A stretch of 64,000 nucleotides of DNA, taken from the NCBI GenBank assembly GCA_040954595.2, contig CM082598.2:868001-932000 (forward strand). Direction: 5' to 3'. The notes beneath the pieces were generated by a model that saw nothing but the letters and a program-made list of their open reading frames with translations, was not told the origin of the DNA and did no database searches. The position numbers and the translations under genes are program-made. Source of the DNA: Balanoglossus misakiensis. Taxonomy: Eukaryota > Animalia > Hemichordata. Below, one piece after another: positions 37,318 through 49,964 of the stretch; within the stretch, counting starts at the first letter, position 1, and each line of letters begins with the position of its first letter.

Positions 37318-39029
37318 ATGGACAGCCAACACCTGCTGATTAATGCCCACGACGGACTACCGTTGCCATGTGACGCAACCGAGGTTACTATGGTAACAGG
37401 GACTTACGAATACTATCATTATGGATGTGACGGTCTTGATGATCGGGTGAGTTGGTTGTTGGTATATTCTATCTTTTTTGAGCCACAGTTTAGCCAACCT
37501 TCATAACTTGTTAGGATTACATATTTTCAGTTACAAAATATTGTGCATTATAATCATGTGTATGAATAATGCAATTTACATCTGGAAACTTTTTTGTATA
37601 AAGTGCAATGTATTCATTTTCAAGAGCTAGATGATTCCAATACAAATGTTTTTATTCCAGGGATGGGGTTGTGGATACAGAACTTTACAGAGCCTTTGCT
37701 CATGGATACAACATCAATCACAAAACCGTGAAGACACAAAACAGGTTCCAAGCATTCCAGAAATACAACAAGCCTTAGTTGCCATGGGAGATAAGGAGCA
37801 AAGGATTGTGGGATCAAGAGATTGGATTGGTTCATTTGAAGTTTGCCTTTGTTTGGATTATTTCTATGATGTAAGTACTGTCACATTTCTTAAATTGGGG
37901 AAATATCATATTAATCAGAAATTGTTTTTTTAACTGTGTGGTTTATACATTGTATAATGGCTTTCTGAATTTGGAAAGGAATGTGAACTGAATAAGAAAC
38001 GTATCACCCAAATTTAGGAGCCACCAAAATGTAGTATTGAAAAGTGGAGCTTAATATTGAAAGAGATAAGTTAGTAATATATTCGGAGTGTCAATTTCTG
38101 TTGAGATATCCCACGGTTAAATTGATGATAACAAATACAATGTATGAATGTTAACTTGACAGGTACCTTGTAAAATTATTCACATTTCAAGTGGAGATGA
38201 AATAACCTCTAAAGTTCCAGAATTAATGAAGCATTTTCAAACAGTATCCTCGCCAATAATGATGGGTAAGTAACACATTCCATATTTAACAGAAGATTCA
38301 ATGGAAATATGTTGCAAAATTTGCTTCTTCCCTGGGGCTGTTACATTTTTCAGTAAATAAGACAAGAATATTATTACCATTAATATTTGATGAGGACGTT
38401 TTATCTTCCTGCCGAGGCTGTCAAATGCATGATGCAGTTGTCATAGCGACCACCATGTATAATCTGAGAGTAATTTATACAGTTGTTATTGGTTCATCAA
38501 ATTTGCAGGAAGCTATTCTCTTGCCCAGGAAATGAATTTTATCCTCTTGAATTTTCATTTTCATGTCATTGCAACAATCATGTACTGTCACAAATTTACC
38601 ATGTAGGAATGACAAATAACATTTCTAATGATCCAAAAATGAATAGTTGAATAAAATGTTGTTGATTATGACCTTTGTCTCTTTCAGGTGGTGACAGTGA
38701 CAATTCCTCCAAGGGAATTCTGGGAGTTTGCAAGACGTCATCTCAAACATACTTACTTGTGTTGGTAAGTGCAACGATATAACACTTGCATTAATTCTAG
38801 AAATTGTTGTCTGCATATCAGTCAGTCAAGTCAGATGGATTCCTTCCTTCAGTTGAAACTTTGCACTTCAAATTTTCTTCTCTTCATGTTCTTGCAGGAT
38901 CCACATTTCTATGGCAACCCTGAAGTATCATGTTTACAAGAAGATGGCTGGATTAAGTGGAGGCCATTGGACAGTTTTATGAGCAATTCTTTTTATAATT
39001 TTTGTTTACCACAATATAAAAATTCATGA
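37318..39029 (+). CDS. UFSP1: UFM1-specific protease 1
   Basis: Five exons: 37318-37446, 37661-37870, 38163-38265, 38688-38764, 38898-39029. Motifs [22 protein letters not shown] (catalytic Cys), MGDK, WIGS, MMGGD and LDPH (catalytic Asp/His). About 216 aa, without the UFSP2 N-terminal domain. Confidence 0.93.
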
Positions 39030-39801
39030 TGAGCATGAAACAGTGATATAAGGGCTAGTGTTGGTTTCTGAAGAGGTAAATATTAACGTACATCCTTGGT
39101 GCAAAATGGCAGTTTGAGAATGTTCTAGTCTTGCCGTAGAGGGAGATGTTACACTGCTTGAGGAAAACGTTTGAGGGACGATCAGAAACCAGAAATTACC
39201 TACAATTGCTCATATGTCGAATGAAATTTGCCAATGATGTCTTTACATGGGTGTGTTGTGAATCCATTGGTTTTGGTTGTTCATTTGTGATGCTTGTGTT
39301 AGAAGTACTGGTCCGTTAAGTTCAAATCTGTGCCTTTGTTCTCATCTGCTTATAAGTTTCCGACTTAGATTTGCAAGGACTTCCTTGACTGATTTGAGCT
39401 TCGACACCAAGATGTTGCCCATAGCTCTGATATACTTTTGGTCATAAAAAAACACAAACAGGCGGCTTCACATAGTTGAAGAGATATTTATTTCCACATC
39501 TTTTTGTGTTACAACACTATAATATCCCTAGGAGGCCATTATTTCTAACAGTTTTACCCCTTTTTATTATCTGTAGAAGACTTCATTCTACTTGAGCATT
39601 ATTGAAATCAAATGTTCAAACTTTTACAATTTATAGACTTACAGGAGTCTTCAATTGAACCAATCAACACTAGCGTGCCTCCAGTCGGTACAGAAATAAG
39701 AACACAAGAAAATTGCATAGCATAGGAGCAGAAGAAAATGATTGGTCATGTCTGCTGAAAAGAACTTATCTCACTGGTAGGCAGCAGCTGTTGTTTTATT
39801 C

Positions 39802-39872
39802 AACCCTTCACCCCTGTGTCTTTGTGCAGAGGTCCAACTTCACCATAGAAAACAATGGATATGGACCAAACT
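39802..39872 (+). mobile_element. piggyBac-like MITE copy, 3' truncated
   Basis: AACCCTTCACCCCTG...GAGGTCCAACTTCACCATAGAAAACAATGGATATGGACCAAAC. Confidence 0.75.
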
Positions 39873-40265
39873 AATACAAGGATAGGATTAAATGAGGCAA
39901 TGGTAGGTTGCTTTGAAAATCACTGGACACAATCGGTGTAACTAAATCAATATTCCCAAACTGATACACTTTCACTTTATACTGGCAGATCAAATATACA
40001 TCATTTAAAAAAATAATCAAAAAAGCTAAATACTACTATATTTTTGTATATATTGTGGCAATTTCTGATTTTGTGGAGAAGCGTTTCTTTACACAGAATT
40101 CAATGTAAACATTGTGAATAATACCATGAAATGCTCCCATGAGCAAACCAATTTTGAAATTAAAACATGCACCACTGAAAAAATGTCATGGCCTATGATA
40201 ATATTGGCTTAAACTTTAGGGTAGCTGTTTAGCAAACATATCTGCCACCTAGGCTTGATATATTT

Positions 40266-43200
40266 CTAATTAGCAAATATATCTCCCATAGGAATCCAGA
40301 TATTTTTATTCTGTATTGCATGATACAGGAACTCTTCTCCTTGACCTTGTTCAGGGTCTGTCCAATCACGCGTCTTGCCGTAGTTCACCCAGGTGCGTTT
40401 GAGATTCTCTGCAGACATCCATTCCACGAACTTTGAACCCTGGGGTGATCCGAAGTACCACATGGACTGAATATCTTGATGTTCTGTGAGGTACTTGGTG
40501 AGATGTTCACGATCACCAGTCAGGATATTGACGACACCGCCAGGCAAATCAGATGTATCAAACACCTGAAACATCAAAGATGGCCATAAATTTTAAAGCT
40601 ATAAAGTCTCCAAAGTTTCTGGAAGGTTTTAAAGAGTGTAATCAATACATGTAAAATATGTTTTTGAATTGTTCCCATAGCAGACACATATTACAAGTAA
40701 CCTGTCATCTTAACTTACCTGGTAGAAATCAAGGGCTGACAATGGGTGGTTCTGACTGGCTGCCATGACAACACAGTTGCCACGGATAACAGCTGGTGCA
40801 AACAATGAGATGAAACTAAGCAGAGGATATTCATCTGGGCAAGCAATTCCGATCACACCGATTGGTTCATGAACTTTGACTGTTGCTCCATATAAGGTCG
40901 TTTCCTGCAATACATAAGGATTTATATTCATTCATCAGGAGAAATGTAGCAATGAATATGCTTCTTTCATCCCCAACAAAAAATGTTTAGCAATAAGACC
41001 TGTGTCAGAAATGACATGTTCACTTCAGAGTGATTTATCCATGTAGTAAATGCTACGACAATTTTGACAGCACCATCAGCAATGATTACTTTTGAGTTGG
41101 GCTCGATGTGATAGTGCAACTTTCAATTTTTGTAGCTAGCTCCTGAACATAAGACGTAGGTCGCATGACACACAGTGCAATCCCTACCTGAACAGTGCCA
41201 CCAAACTTGTCAGCATATGCACCCCAGTGGAACAATCTCTGGATTGCAATATCAACTTCCTGTCTCACATCCTGGTCACTACGTCCTGTCATTTTCTTCA
41301 GCTGATTGGCAAACTCGTCACGTCTCAGTTCCAGATTCTCTGCCATGTAGTAAACAATCTGTGCTCTGTTGTGAGCAGCTCTCTTACCCCAACTGTGAAT
41401 TAAACAAAGCAAAACAAGTGATTGTTAATGACACACTGTATACTCCTTCAAATAAGCTCCACCCATGATTAGGCTCCAAGCAGACCTTTTCTACACACGA
41501 AGGAAATGCCATTTATCCTTGATTTTCCGGTCGTTATGTCCACTCACCCCGGCGCTGCCTTGTGAGCTGCTTCCACAGCATTCCGGACATCCTTCCTGTT
41601 ACTATCTGGAACTTGTGCCAACACCAGACCTTCTGGACTGACCACTGGTCTGGAGTACTGACCATCAGGTCTTTTCTGAGCACCTCCGTAGTACAACTTG
41701 TATGTTCTGTCGATGCTGTTAAGAAAGAATAATTGCATATAAACTGCCATTACGGTCAAACCTATCAAAATCTCCCATGAGTAAATTTTATTTTCCGGGA
41801 CTTTTTATGCTGAATGGAGAGTATGATGTAAAACTGTAGCATCACAAACAATTCTCACGTACCTGGGTATAGCAACACCACTCACTTCAACAACTTGCTT
41901 TTCCATCTTGGCATTGCTTGGTGGGGGTGGAATGTTTGCTCCGAATGTTTTATAATTCACATCAACATTGTCCACTTTAGTTTTTTCCATCCATCTTGGC
42001 ATTACATATTCATACAGACCCTGGAACAAAGTTCGATACAGTTTTGACATCTTTGGTCAACCAGAGAATGGTATGTTTGTTACCATGGACACCAAAGTGA
42101 CTGTAAAAATGGTTGTTTGTACTGATGTGTCTGGTCTATTGAAGTTCTTGTAATGTGGTTTTATGTGAAGGGATTGGTAAAGGTGTTCAGTGTAGGCAGG
42201 GTGTAGTTTAGACAGGTTTCACTAAATGTAACATAGAAAACAACCGATTTGGCTCAAACCATGGCAGTGAAAAGGGTTTGATTTTTACCTCTTTGCCGCC
42301 ATCTCTGCCATAGCCACTCTGTCTGTAACCACCAAAACCACTGGCTGCATCAAACATGTTATGTGCGTTGACCCAAACAGTGCCAGCTTTTAAAGAGAAG
42401 GTCACTTCCAAAGCCAGACTGATATTCTCTGTCCAAACGCTGGCTGCCAGACCATACACTGTGTTGTTACCGATAGCGATGGCTTCCTTGGCTGTACGGA
42501 ATGGTAACACTGTCAACACTGGACCAAAAATCTGCATAAACAAGAAAACGTATACATCTTTAAGTTTCTTGGACTCAATGTACAGCAAGTATTCTTTGAT
42601 TCTCAGTGAAGAACCACCAACTTCTATGAAGGGTGGACAGGGAAAGAAATGATTGTGATACTTAATTTTGTGACTGCATTTTTTGTGTATAGCGGAATGT
42701 TTTTGTCGATGGTGGATAATTTGAGCTAGGCAGTGTGATGACAGTAATAGTGATGCTTGCCATGGTCAGTATCAAACCTTCATACATTTTCCACTTCATG
42801 CAATCCATTGTCATGGCAACAAAGACCACCACCACGAAATTTTGAAGACTGTCACAGGAACTGCATTTTGTGAGCTTCATACATTTCCCTTCCTTGACAT
42901 GCTTCAGTGCCTTGTCTTGGCAACGAAAACCAACAGTCTTTTATTGGATTTTGTGTGGCCACAAATGAAGTGCTTTGACATGACCTTTGACCTTACCTCT
43001 TCCATGACAACAGTCGAAGATGTCTGTACATTGGTGATCAACGTGGGCGGATAGTAACATCCCTTATCTGGGATGCATTCATACGCTTGGTACACTTCCC
43101 CACCTTCTTGTTTTGCTATCTCAACATATTCATCAATCGTCTTGCGTTGTGTTTCATCAACTATTGCGCCCATGTCGATGGCTTTGTCCAAAGAATCTCC

Positions 43201-45704
43201 GAGACGCAGGTGAGACATTCTCACTTTCAGTTTGTCCACCATTTTCTGTGCCACTGTCTCCTGTACAAGCAATCTGGATCCTGCACTGCAGACCTACAAA
43301 TATGACCATTGAAATGTTACGATTTGATTTTGTCAAAAGACAGCTTAAAATCACAAATGACCATGAGAAGTTTCATAAATTCCACTCAAATTTAAAATTA
43401 TTGAAATTCAAAATGGCTGCCCCCTTTCTTCAATGTAATAACCCTTTCACCACCATGGATCTATGCTATCTATCCTCACCTGGCCCTGGTTAAACCATAT
43501 TGCATCAACAATGCCCTCCACAGCACTGTCCAAATCAGCAGATTCAAATACGATGAATGGTGACTTCCCACCAAGTTCAAGGGACATCTTCTTACCAGTT
43601 CCAGCTGTAGCACGTCTTAATATTTGACCAACCTATTGCAAAAGCAATCAAAGGATAAATTAGTCCAAGAAAAACAGAGCTATATGTTGGCCAGTGTTTT
43701 TGCTAACCTTGGGGAACATTGGTAAATGCCTTGAGAGCTCTGGTAACATTTCTGTGACCCATCAATATGACTTCATTGATATATGTAGCCTCCTTAAAAA
43801 CACTGTGTTGGCATAGCAACAGAGTGACTAGTTCCAAAACTTACTTGTGTAGATCCAGTAAAGGCAACTTTGTCAACATCTGGATGTGTTGCCAACTTAC
43901 TCCCAAAACGGCCGTCTCCCGTGACGACGTTAAACACACCGGGAGGGAGACCAGCTTCAGCACAGATCTCGGCCAATAGGAGAGCAGTCAGTCGGGTGTA
44001 GGTGGCAGATTTCAGGACGACGGTGTTACCCATAGCCAAGGCTGGACACACTTTCCATGTCAACAACATGAGTGGAAAATTCCACGGTGTGATACCACCA
44101 ACAACACCTAGTCAGAAATCATAAAATCAAATCAATTGCACTAGTTGCTTATGCTCAACGTTCCTCACCCAGAATTCTTTTAACCCTTTTCACCCCTGTT
44201 CCTTTTTAGAGGTCCAACTTTACCATTAAAAAGAAAGGATTTGGTGCAAACCATACATAGTTCTCCAAGGATCTTGTTTTCAGTCAAATTGAATGTTTTT
44301 CATGCAGTTTCTTGTTTGACAATGACTTCAGAGTTTGATACCTCAATCTGTAAATATTGCCTTTTATAATTGTCATCAAACAAAATCAAGGTTAACAAAG
44401 TTTCCTCCTTAGCAACCGTTGCTGAGTGATTTGAATTCAGTATTGCCTTATCCAGAAGACATAATACAGACAATGCTAGCTGGTTTCATTTCACTACCCC
44501 AACAAGAGTTAAAGGTCAAAATAGTAACTTTAGAAAGTGTTCAAAGTCAAAAGGTGATTTCATCTCACCTATAGGTTTCCATGCAGCCATCTCAGTGTCC
44601 ATCAGTTGGGCCCACCCAGCATGGTGATAAAAATGACGCACCACAGTAGGGACATCGCAGTCACGTGTTTCGCGGATTGGTTTGCCGTTGTCTAAACTTT
44701 CCATGACACTCAGTAGACGCTGGTGTTTTTGTACATTTCTGGCAACGCTGTAAACAGAAATGGTGTTTATTAAGATTTCATTCAGCAAATCCTGTTTTCA
44801 TCATCCGGTCCTATCATATCACATGACTGTTTCTGATCACATGACTATTTCTGTTCCTCTAACATAACAGGACAACAGAATTGGGCAGCCTCTTCCAATC
44901 ACTACTCACCTGTACAGATATCTAGCCCTAACATGACATGGTAGTTTACTCCAAGAATTAAATGCTTTTCTGGCAGCGGACACTGCCAATTCAACATCTT
45001 CATCTATGCCTTGTATTGTTGTTGCCAAGGTTTCTCCTGTGGCTGGGTTTTTATTTGCATATGTTTTACGTCCGTCTGGTTTCACCCATTTGTTATCAAT
45101 GAAATGACCCAAGCTCCTCTCATGGTTATCAAGCCAAGTCTAATTTAAAATAACAAGTCATAAAAAGTAGAGTTAAAACAGGATTTTAACGTTAATAAAT
45201 GTATGTGAAATAACTTTGAAATATTATCTCTCAATGATATCTGTTGATAAATTACCCAGCCTTCGGACGCGCCCACACTTATCAACCAATCAGACAGCAA
45301 CATGCAAATTACTGCAATGGAGTATGTCTCAAATGTGATTTATTTCGGATAAAATCTCTTGGTTGCGAGAAAATGTCTCAAGCAATATAGGCGCGCCAGC
45401 ATAAAATAAATAAAGGTTCCAGTGATTGCAAAAATTATTGTCACGATCCATCTATCTCACTCGACACGTGACCTAAACTCTCAAACTTCGAAGTGACCCC
45501 TGTCTGTATATCTATGTACGTGGCTTGCGCGCCCGTGCAATTGCATCGACAACATTCTACATCGGCAGTCGAGGTCTACTTTCAACGTGAAAAGCTTGAC
45601 CTAACCTGTGCGACGTTTGCTGCTTCTGGGGCTGGCCCGTATGACATGCTATCAAAGATGTCGGCTACGGAGTTCGGCGTGCTTTTCCCCGCCACAGTGG
45701 CCAT
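40266..45704 (-). CDS. ALDH16A1: Aldehyde dehydrogenase family 16 member A1 (two-domain ALDH, about 826 aa)
   Basis: Twelve exons: 45704-45606, 45139-44910, 44747-44569, 44107-43845, 43632-43480, 43293-42997, 42531-42289, 42020-41863, 41715-41548, 41392-41188, 40904-40719, 40565-40266. N-terminal [41 protein letters not shown] and EEIFGPV motifs, plus a second truncated ALDH-like C-terminal domain. Confidence 0.94.
44179..44254 (+). mobile_element. piggyBac-like MITE copy, 3' truncated
   Basis: TTAACCCTTTTCACCCCTGTTCC...GAGGTCCAACTTTACCAT...GGATTTGGTGCAAACCAT. Confidence 0.75.
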
Positions 45705-46363
45705 GTTCGTGGTGCGTGGAATAACAGCGTGACCTTTCAACCTGGCCACTCGATTACTTCATAGGGGGAGAGGCCTATCTTGGGGGGCGTAACTTTCTGT
45801 GAGAATAATTCGATATTTGCATAAGATTTTCACATGACTTACAATTATTTTATATATTTTATTTCTGAGTCTTGATTTGATAAGGACATTTTTAACCCGA
45901 AAGACGTTTTTTAGACTGTTTATTTAAATCTTTACTCAACTCTTCTGAAATTATACGTGGCATACCCCGTACATGTAAATGGTCTTACTGATAGAACATA
46001 TAGGTTCCGCAAAGGCTTATGGGTATGGAAAGCCCTATATACTGTATATATAATTAAGAAATTCGATCGAACAGGTTTGGCGAAAATAATCGATCATTCT
46101 GTCGTTGTTTTACCACCAAATACTGTTTAAGTGAGAAAGTTGTATTGGTTTTTTTAAACAACAGCGTGTCAACTCGCGATCGCAGTAATATTCGTCTACA
46201 AAGGACTGAGTTCACACTGTTTTTAAGTGGTTACCACCCAAAGATAAACAGGCCAGCACGACCACCTGTGCGACGCGAACAGTGAAAGTGACATTTCCCA
46301 ATGTTAATACAACGTGACCTACTGTGAAAAAAAGATCACTACGTGTAAGCTGAAAGAATCAAG
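45705..46363. promoter_or_regulatory. Divergent promoter region ALDH16A1/synaptotagmin-1, with a candidate non-coding first exon of Syt1 ending at 46363
   Basis: CpG-enriched patch at 46060-46350 ending in the donor AAG|GTAATC. A second candidate UTR-exon donor, AAG|GTAAGA, lies at 51977. Confidence 0.4.
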
Positions 46364-47889
46364 GTAATCCGATTTTTCTTTTATCAATACCCTAAACTAG
46401 TATTGATTTTTAATATCAATATGGATGTACACAGGTATAAAGTGACAACTATGCGAAGTGCAATTTTTAATGGCTTCCGCTGTTCAAGCGAAATGTTTGA
46501 ATTGAAAAATAAAATCAAATGGGTGTGTTCGTTTATGCGCTACCGATTACACTGGTAGTCTGTACAGATCTAGAATTAATAACATTAATAAATTTAATGT
46601 TTGTTCAAAGTGTCGCAGACAACCACTGGATATGAAATATACAGATATGAAATGTACATGATGTAGTTTTCCAAATTTATGTAGCAACACTTCGCCCTTA
46701 GCCATGGTATTATATTTTTGTTTGTGGTGATATAGAATAAAATTAGTTTACATTTTCAATTGTTATTCATTGAGTATTATTAGTAAATTTGAAAACAAAA
46801 ACGATTACTCTGTAAACATTTAAATCACCCTCATTTTGAAACATCTTTTCTGCACTGTAATGCATACAATTGTAATTACCCACATATAACCTAGTTACCC
46901 TCATCCTTAATAATATGCAGGCGGATGGTCAATAGAGTAATGACTATCTGATATGTGAATGATTACAATTCACACAAAACTGAATCAATAATTATTTTAG
47001 GATTGGGTGAACACTCAAAGTTATTTTTTAAATTAATGTCAATATATGTGGCGTATGAAACTTAGAGAAATCAATAATTACGAGATGGCCTTGATACCTC
47101 TATAAGCCTAAAGGTCCAACACAATCATTGAAAACAATATTGTACAAGTGATGGTTCTCGGTTGGTTGTCTGTGACAACCATAAAAAACTAAGCAAAAGC
47201 AATGATATTCTAGTTGAATAAGATGCTGGTGTTAATTTTATGATATTGATACAAGATTCAGTTGAAATATTTGATATGTATTTGAGTTAACATCATGAGT
47301 ATAAATGTTACATAACCTAGAAATGATGGAAAATTTGAATTTAAATTAAATGAAATTCATCCATATAAATTGTTGAACTGTTTATGTAACACTGATCTGA
47401 TTGAAGGGAAGAGAGAAACTATGATTATTGATATATTTTATATTGACATGGAAAAATAAGCTTTTTAACTTGATTTTAAATCAGTCTGACTTTGATTTTG
47501 ACAATTTTTAATTATGTTTGATATAGGTTACAGTGCTGCAAGCAAATTTAAATGAATTTCTTGTATGTGTCTATAATTTTTATGTTCTAAGAATGCCAGA
47601 ATTCTTCAGACTATTCTCTGTATAGTCTACTAATCTTCTACCAATAACAGTAGTATTTTTTTCCTGCTCCATATCTGAAGACAAATATTTGTTCAACTAC
47701 CAACCATACTTATAATCTTTCAATTCACTGAGGAATGTGAAGTGAACAGTCCACCATGAATGCAACGTGCTTTGTGATTGGCTGTGAGAATTGATCACAT
47801 GATCAGTAGAGCAAAGGGTCAGATATCCAGTTGATTTTGCTGGCTACCTGTACCAGAACTATCCAGTGTATAACTGAAAATTATAATCA

Positions 47890-47979
47890 TAACCCTTTTA
47901 CCCCCATTTTCATTCATAGAGGTCCAACTTTGCCATTGGAAACAATGGTTTTGGACCACACCATTGTGGTGAAAGGGTT
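47890..47979 (+). mobile_element. piggyBac-like MITE copy
   Basis: TAACCCTTTTACCCCCA...GAGGTCCAACTTTGCCATTGGAAACAATGG...GTGGTGAAAGGGTT. Confidence 0.8.
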
Positions 47980-49889
47980 GGTTTGGAATGCAGCCAGGCA
48001 AATGTTGTATTCAGAAAATCTAAGTCATGCCGTAGAAACCGGTATTGTAACGAGATGATGACTCATGGTCCCACACAAAAAATTCAAACAGATCAGTCAA
48101 TGCTTAGTTAGTTATGCATTGATGATTTATAAAGGTACCAGAAACTTACCTGTAACCAGCATGGTAACATACAAATTCACAAACAGACAATTTCTTTGCT
48201 CTGACAAAACGAACTCACATGTTATATAGAGTTCAAAGCAAAGAAAAAATCTACCATGTGTGTTGTTTTAAGCCCTTCAAACATTTGATCTGTTTGGAAT
48301 CTCGTTAGTACACCTGAAAATTACCTCAGGTGTTTTTTAGGTCCTATATATACATGTATATATGTATACCATTAAGACCTTATGGGATCAGCTGCATCTA
48401 TCCTATTTTTGTCAGCTGAGTAACAGGACCGTTGATAGGAAAGACATTTTAATGTAATAGTGGTTTCTAAATGTCAGGGTATTATATTTCTTTACCCTCA
48501 TTTCCTGCACAAGTCAGCTCATCCTAGAATACCATCAGATTTAGACCTTTATCATGGTTGCTGAGGTAATTAAGCTAGACAAAGACAAAAATAGCACAGA
48601 AAAAGTCCAAGGGATTTCATCCATTAAAGCAAATTCAAAATGCTGGTAGTCTTTATTTTTTAAATTTGGAAAACCAGATTGGACAGCACTATTATATTAA
48701 TCTGCAAATGAAATTTTTGTGAGTAGTGTCATAACCTGAAGATGGCTTATGTACACGTAAGTGTTTGTGATTTTTTTGGAAACTGACCAAATTTGTAATT
48801 ATCTTGAATTTTTCAGATAAATGCCAGGCCTCCAGAGAGTTTTGTGACAACACACATTGGCTAATCGTTGTTTACTGTGGCGTATCTGAAGACAGGTTAG
48901 TGCTGGTACTTTTTGCATTAGATTTGTGTGTGTTGTTTGTGTGTACGTGCATGTGTGTGAGTGCGTAGGGACGCAAGTGTCTTGTGAGGTATCTGTCAGG
49001 GTTTGTCTGTCCATGTAATAACGTTGTGTAGTCTATAAACATTTTATTTTGTTGATCAGAACCGATCTCTTCTATGATTGATTGCAAAGAAGACATATGT
49101 CACCAGTAAGTCCAATCTGTGCGTTCATTGACGTCAACCATTGGTTGCTATGGCAATACTTTTATCCATCACGTTGGCTGTCCATCCGGCGGTTAAAAGT
49201 GGGTTGTTTCATGACCGGGTTTGTGGAATAAAATACAGAAATGTGATCATTATGCACCGAACAAATATACTATAGTTACCAGGTGAGATAGTTATCAGAA
49301 AGGTAACCATGGTTACTAGCAGAGTCATCATGATGTAATGTTCCCAATTCATGCCTATGCCTGAAATGAGAAATGAATTGTCCCATACTTTAAAAACCAT
49401 TTCTGGTTTGTCAACATTGGTAACATCGTGAATTTGCCAAGGTGTTTTTGACAGCTGTTACAATGTACTAGCCTCAGAGCAATCCATATTGCACGATGGG
49501 CAGATATTTTGTGATTTTTGCAAATTGTTAAACACCTCGGAGAAGGAAAATTTGAGGGATGTTCCGATTGATAATTGATCTCTTATTAACTGTTACTTAA
49601 TCTGTGCCCTGCATGGTTTTTTGTTTTAGTTTCTTGTGAAAATCAACTTGTGATTTCAGATCAAAGTAAGCCCCTGCACTTAACTGCCACTGAGTCTGAC
49701 ATCAACAGACCATGTAGCAGTAATTACAAGTCAATGACGTGTTTTTTTGACGTCAAAAATTCCACCATTGCATCAGCTGTCTGGGTTTGCTGTCTGATTG
49801 CTCTCTAGAGCTAGTGATGTTTTTTTTCTTTAAAAACAACTGAAACAAATAACTAGAAATGTTTGTTTGGCGCTAGAGATTGTAAACGT

Positions 49890-49964
49890 CCCTTTCACCT
49901 GTGTTTACCGGTATAGAGGTACAACAGTAGATTTTTGACAGAACCATGGTGGTGAAAGGGTTAA
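49890..49964 (+). mobile_element. Diverged, shorter piggyBac-like MITE copy
   Basis: CCCTTTCACC...TATAGAGGT...AACCATGGTGGTGAAAGGGTTAA. Confidence 0.7.

Noticed and set aside
14406-49964. Recurrent ~85-bp repeat considered as a CRISPR array or tRNA/SINE
   Set aside because: Copies are dispersed rather than regularly spaced, have terminal inverted repeats with TTAA-like flanks, and show no evident A/B boxes or cloverleaf. The context is eukaryotic.
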